Source of the DNA: Haliotis cracherodii
Taxonomy: Eukaryota
Length of the DNA: 64,000 nucleotides
Direction: 5' to 3'
Assembly (NCBI RefSeq): GCF_022045235.1
Contig: NW_027266271.1
Location: 9,176,001-9,240,000 of the forward strand
Position numbers and translations under genes: made by a program. Positions 60,995-64,000 of the stretch are shown here, in pieces (position 1 is the stretch's first letter; the number at the start of each line of letters is the position of its first letter). The notes below the pieces were generated by a model that saw only the letters and a program-made list of their open reading frames with translations, was not told the origin of the DNA and did no database searches.

Positions 60995-61989
60995 CAGCTA
61001 TAAATCTCCATTTTGATCACTTTGTTATTCTGATGTGGATAGAGACTGGAGCTGAAATAAAATAAAATTATTTAAAGTGACTTTCAGTTTCCAATGTATT
61101 GTAGACCCAAACAAACCAAAAACATCATGCATCGCTCACAAATTTGTGGTTTTTGAAAACAATTTTGTTTGATGTCATCACACTCAACAATATTCCAGCT
61201 GTAATATGGCAGTCTGTAAATAATCGCGTCTAGACCAGACTGTTAGTCGCCTCTTCGGAAAACAATGGGTTGCTGAAGATCAATTCTAACCCAGATCTTC
61301 ATGGGTCTTGTATTAAATAAATAGAGCCACAAAATCCTATATCTCACCTTATTGTTTTTCTGTTTTATCGTAACCAGCAATCAAATGCAATTATGGTTGT
61401 TATAAGAACCACACAGAGTCCTGTCTTTCATTTTGGTATGTTTCTCTAACAACTTCTTACATAAAACAAGCTCTACATTCAACATTTTCATAAACTTACT
61501 GATAGTCATTATTACAAGACTGGGACTTTTCAAACTATTGATAAATTATATATATTAATTTCATAGCGAAATAGTTTAGTAACCATCTGTGTCCAAACCA
61601 TGCATTAGTGACAGCACATTAATGAGTTTTTGAAAACCCCTGAATAGTTGATATATGTGTCTGTGGGGATTCCGGGTTGGAATTGGTCCCCAGCAACCTA
61701 TGCAGGTTGAAAGTGGTCACTTAATGGAGCGGTGGTCAGGTTTGATGACTTTTTGGGTGGTGTGTCATTGTACCCAAATCATGTGGATTGTTGCTCACAA
61801 TATTACATAACCAAACACTGGATTGTCTTGTCGAAACATATTACTTACAGGCTGACATCATACAGCTTGAATATTGCAGAGTGCAGCATTAAACAACAAA
61901 CAGACACAGTACCAGACTTAGAAAAAAGGAGATTATGATGACCAAGGTATATGTGTAAATAACTCATGCATGTTATTTGTAAGTCTTTG

Positions 61990-62104
61990 GTGTTTAATAT
62001 CACATTCAGCTATATCATGGCGAGGGACACCAGAAATGGGCTTCGAACCTGGGTCTTCTGCATGACCAGCAAACGCTTAAACCACTAGGCTACCCGAGCA
62101 CCCC
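61990..62104 (-). mobile_element. SINE family B, internally deleted
   Basis: gacaccagaaatgggcttc...accactaggctacccg. Confidence 0.75.
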
Positions 62105-62580
62105 TTTAACACTATAAGGTTAAGTAAATGAGTATACAGTGATTGTCGCAAGCTCCGACGTTCAAACAGTTTGACCCTCACTCTATGAAGGTTCATAATC
62201 CAATGAACTCACACAAAGTGAAGGTCAATTCTTAAATAAGCTTTGTGTATTTATGTTTGCACCAACTAAAATCACAATTAACTCATAATATCCATTCCTA
62301 CTTAGTTGATTTAATGAAGAATATGCTTTGTGTATTTGTTTGTTCAACCCCCATGTTATAAGTACTAGTATCTTACCATGCTTTCTTGGATACAAACACT
62401 AGAAAAACTTTGACATAATTGTTTACTGAACCAAAGCATGACTTTTACTGCATGTCATTGCATACACAGTAATAAGCTATAATTGATACACTCAAAACCA
62501 TAATCAAATTATAATTGTCTTATAATTTATTTTGTTTGTTAATATGTCTTTGTATCAAGCATAAATATGCAATAATCACA

Positions 62581-62620
62581 ATATATATATAATTATTTAT
62601 ATATATATTATATTGCATAT

Positions 62621-62658
<38 letters not shown>
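62581..62658. repeat. (TA)n microsatellite, interrupted
   Basis: Direct observation. Confidence 0.95.
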
Positions 62659-62662
<4 letters not shown>

Positions 62663-63100
62663 TACCAATGGAGTGATATTGTATCTAATGTTTTGGATAA
62701 AGTTAGTAAAATTGAGACCTGAAGAATGTGTTTTTCAAACAATAACTATGCTGTCTACATACAACAGCTATAATTCGTAAGTAGTGACTATATATATATA
62801 TATGGACCACACCCATGCAATCATACACCACAATCCAAGAATTAGCCCATGGGTATGTCAGATCATGACATATTACTGTACATTCATATCGAGATTTTGT
62901 TAGCTATATGACTATCCAGTCACTATATAGCCTTAGGTGAGAAGAGCATGTGATTTGTGATTAGGATTATATTCAAATTGAACTCAAGAGCTGAAACCAT
63001 CTATCAACTGTACCAGGGAATCGATTCATCGGAATACCGTTAATTCGGTGCTGACTTTACACTTCAATGCCTCCTTGATTGTTTCTACAATGCATCTTAA

Positions 63101-64000
63101 AGGGGCACTGATCTAACGCCATTCCCCGGACTGGTTGTTGCCTTTGTTATTGTTTTTTCCCCCGTGAGTACCCGGATGATACGCAACGCAACTGAGCGTG
63201 ACCAGAGACTGGGCTACCGTCTGCAAGGACAGCTAAATAAACTTGGAGGCTGGAGGCAATATTTGTTTTACGCATTTTTGCATAAACACTGATTGGTTAA
63301 CTGTGATCTATAAAGATTCGACAAAGGGCGCATGTTAAATAATTTCTTCAGCCTAAACAAACAGACAAAAAGAACGGCGGAGCTCATCGGAAGTCGTCAT
63401 TTGGAAATACCCCAGATGGTTATAGTTTAATACTAAAAAAAGTATCAATGCAGTGAAAGCATTTTCGGATTTCGGATTGTGTAATACAATTACTACTCCC
63501 TTGTTGTCATACACGTTTTCTCGTATAACCCTACACTTGTTTATTTGTCGTCATTCACTTGATGCTCAGTTAATGAATTTATTACAGGTACAATTAGTGG
63601 TAGCACCACTTAGATTACCTGACAAAGGTTCTCATTTGGCATTTATTGTGTCTGGGGTAATTATTCAATCTAAATCCAGGTTTGAAGTGAGGTTATGTAA
63701 TATGCACGTGGCAGCCCAGCAAGAGATGAATGATCAGTTGATTTACTTTTTTTTGTAAATCAACGGATCGTTCCTAGTCATCAAAGGATTAACAGAAAAT
63801 ACGTTGATTGATTAATCACTGTTATCTTGCACAGTGGATATGTCAAAAGTGAGTGTTTACATGTCTAGGTTTACTAAAACAAAGGGAATACACTCATATA
63901 ATGGCGTGAAGTGCCGATGTAAAAACAACATACAATTTGTTCGAAGGGTTAACTGATAATACGTTGATTGGTTGCTCATTGTTATCAAACTCAATGGATT
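63101..64000. mobile_element. Second copy of the Kolobok-like element (runs off the window), lacking the Academ insertion
   Basis: TTAA at 63097-63100, then sequence collinear with 23401-23548 plus 27317-28068. Confidence 0.92.

Noticed and set aside
23401-64000. Recent 40-kb segmental duplication explaining both gene paralogs and both Kolobok-like copies
   Set aside because: Similarity stops exactly at the TTAA/TIR boundary. The introns and flanks are unrelated and the proteins are highly diverged.

Overview
AT-rich eukaryotic (metazoan) genomic DNA. The SINE repertoire suggests a mollusc, probably a gastropod such as abalone; this is inferred from recalled SINE domain sequences. The window holds two highly diverged, tandem, minus-strand paralogous genes that I assembled by hand from GT-AG splice sites. 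Gene A has coding exons 14443-14365, 13884-13172, 5716-5665 and 380-109 (371 aa). Gene B has coding exons 60994-60958, 45449-44908, 44475-44418 and 42844-42549 (310 aa). Both have intron phases 1/0/1 and encode acidic, low-complexity proteins with no domain I recognise; they share only a collinear series of short Tyr/Gly motifs. Their introns hold five different DIRS-type tyrosine-recombinase retrotransposon remnants, all co-oriented with the genes. One of them is interrupted by an apparently intact young Gypsy (Mag-like) element with identical 248-bp LTRs. Upstream of gene A is a TTAA-flanked Kolobok-like non-autonomous transposon containing an Academ transposon; a second copy of the host element at the window end gives the empty site. 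The rest consists of four tRNA-type SINE families, Helentron-like satellite-carrying elements, MITEs, a Tc1 relic, LINE/Penelope scraps and microsatellites. I found no genuine tRNA/rRNA genes or CRISPR arrays.
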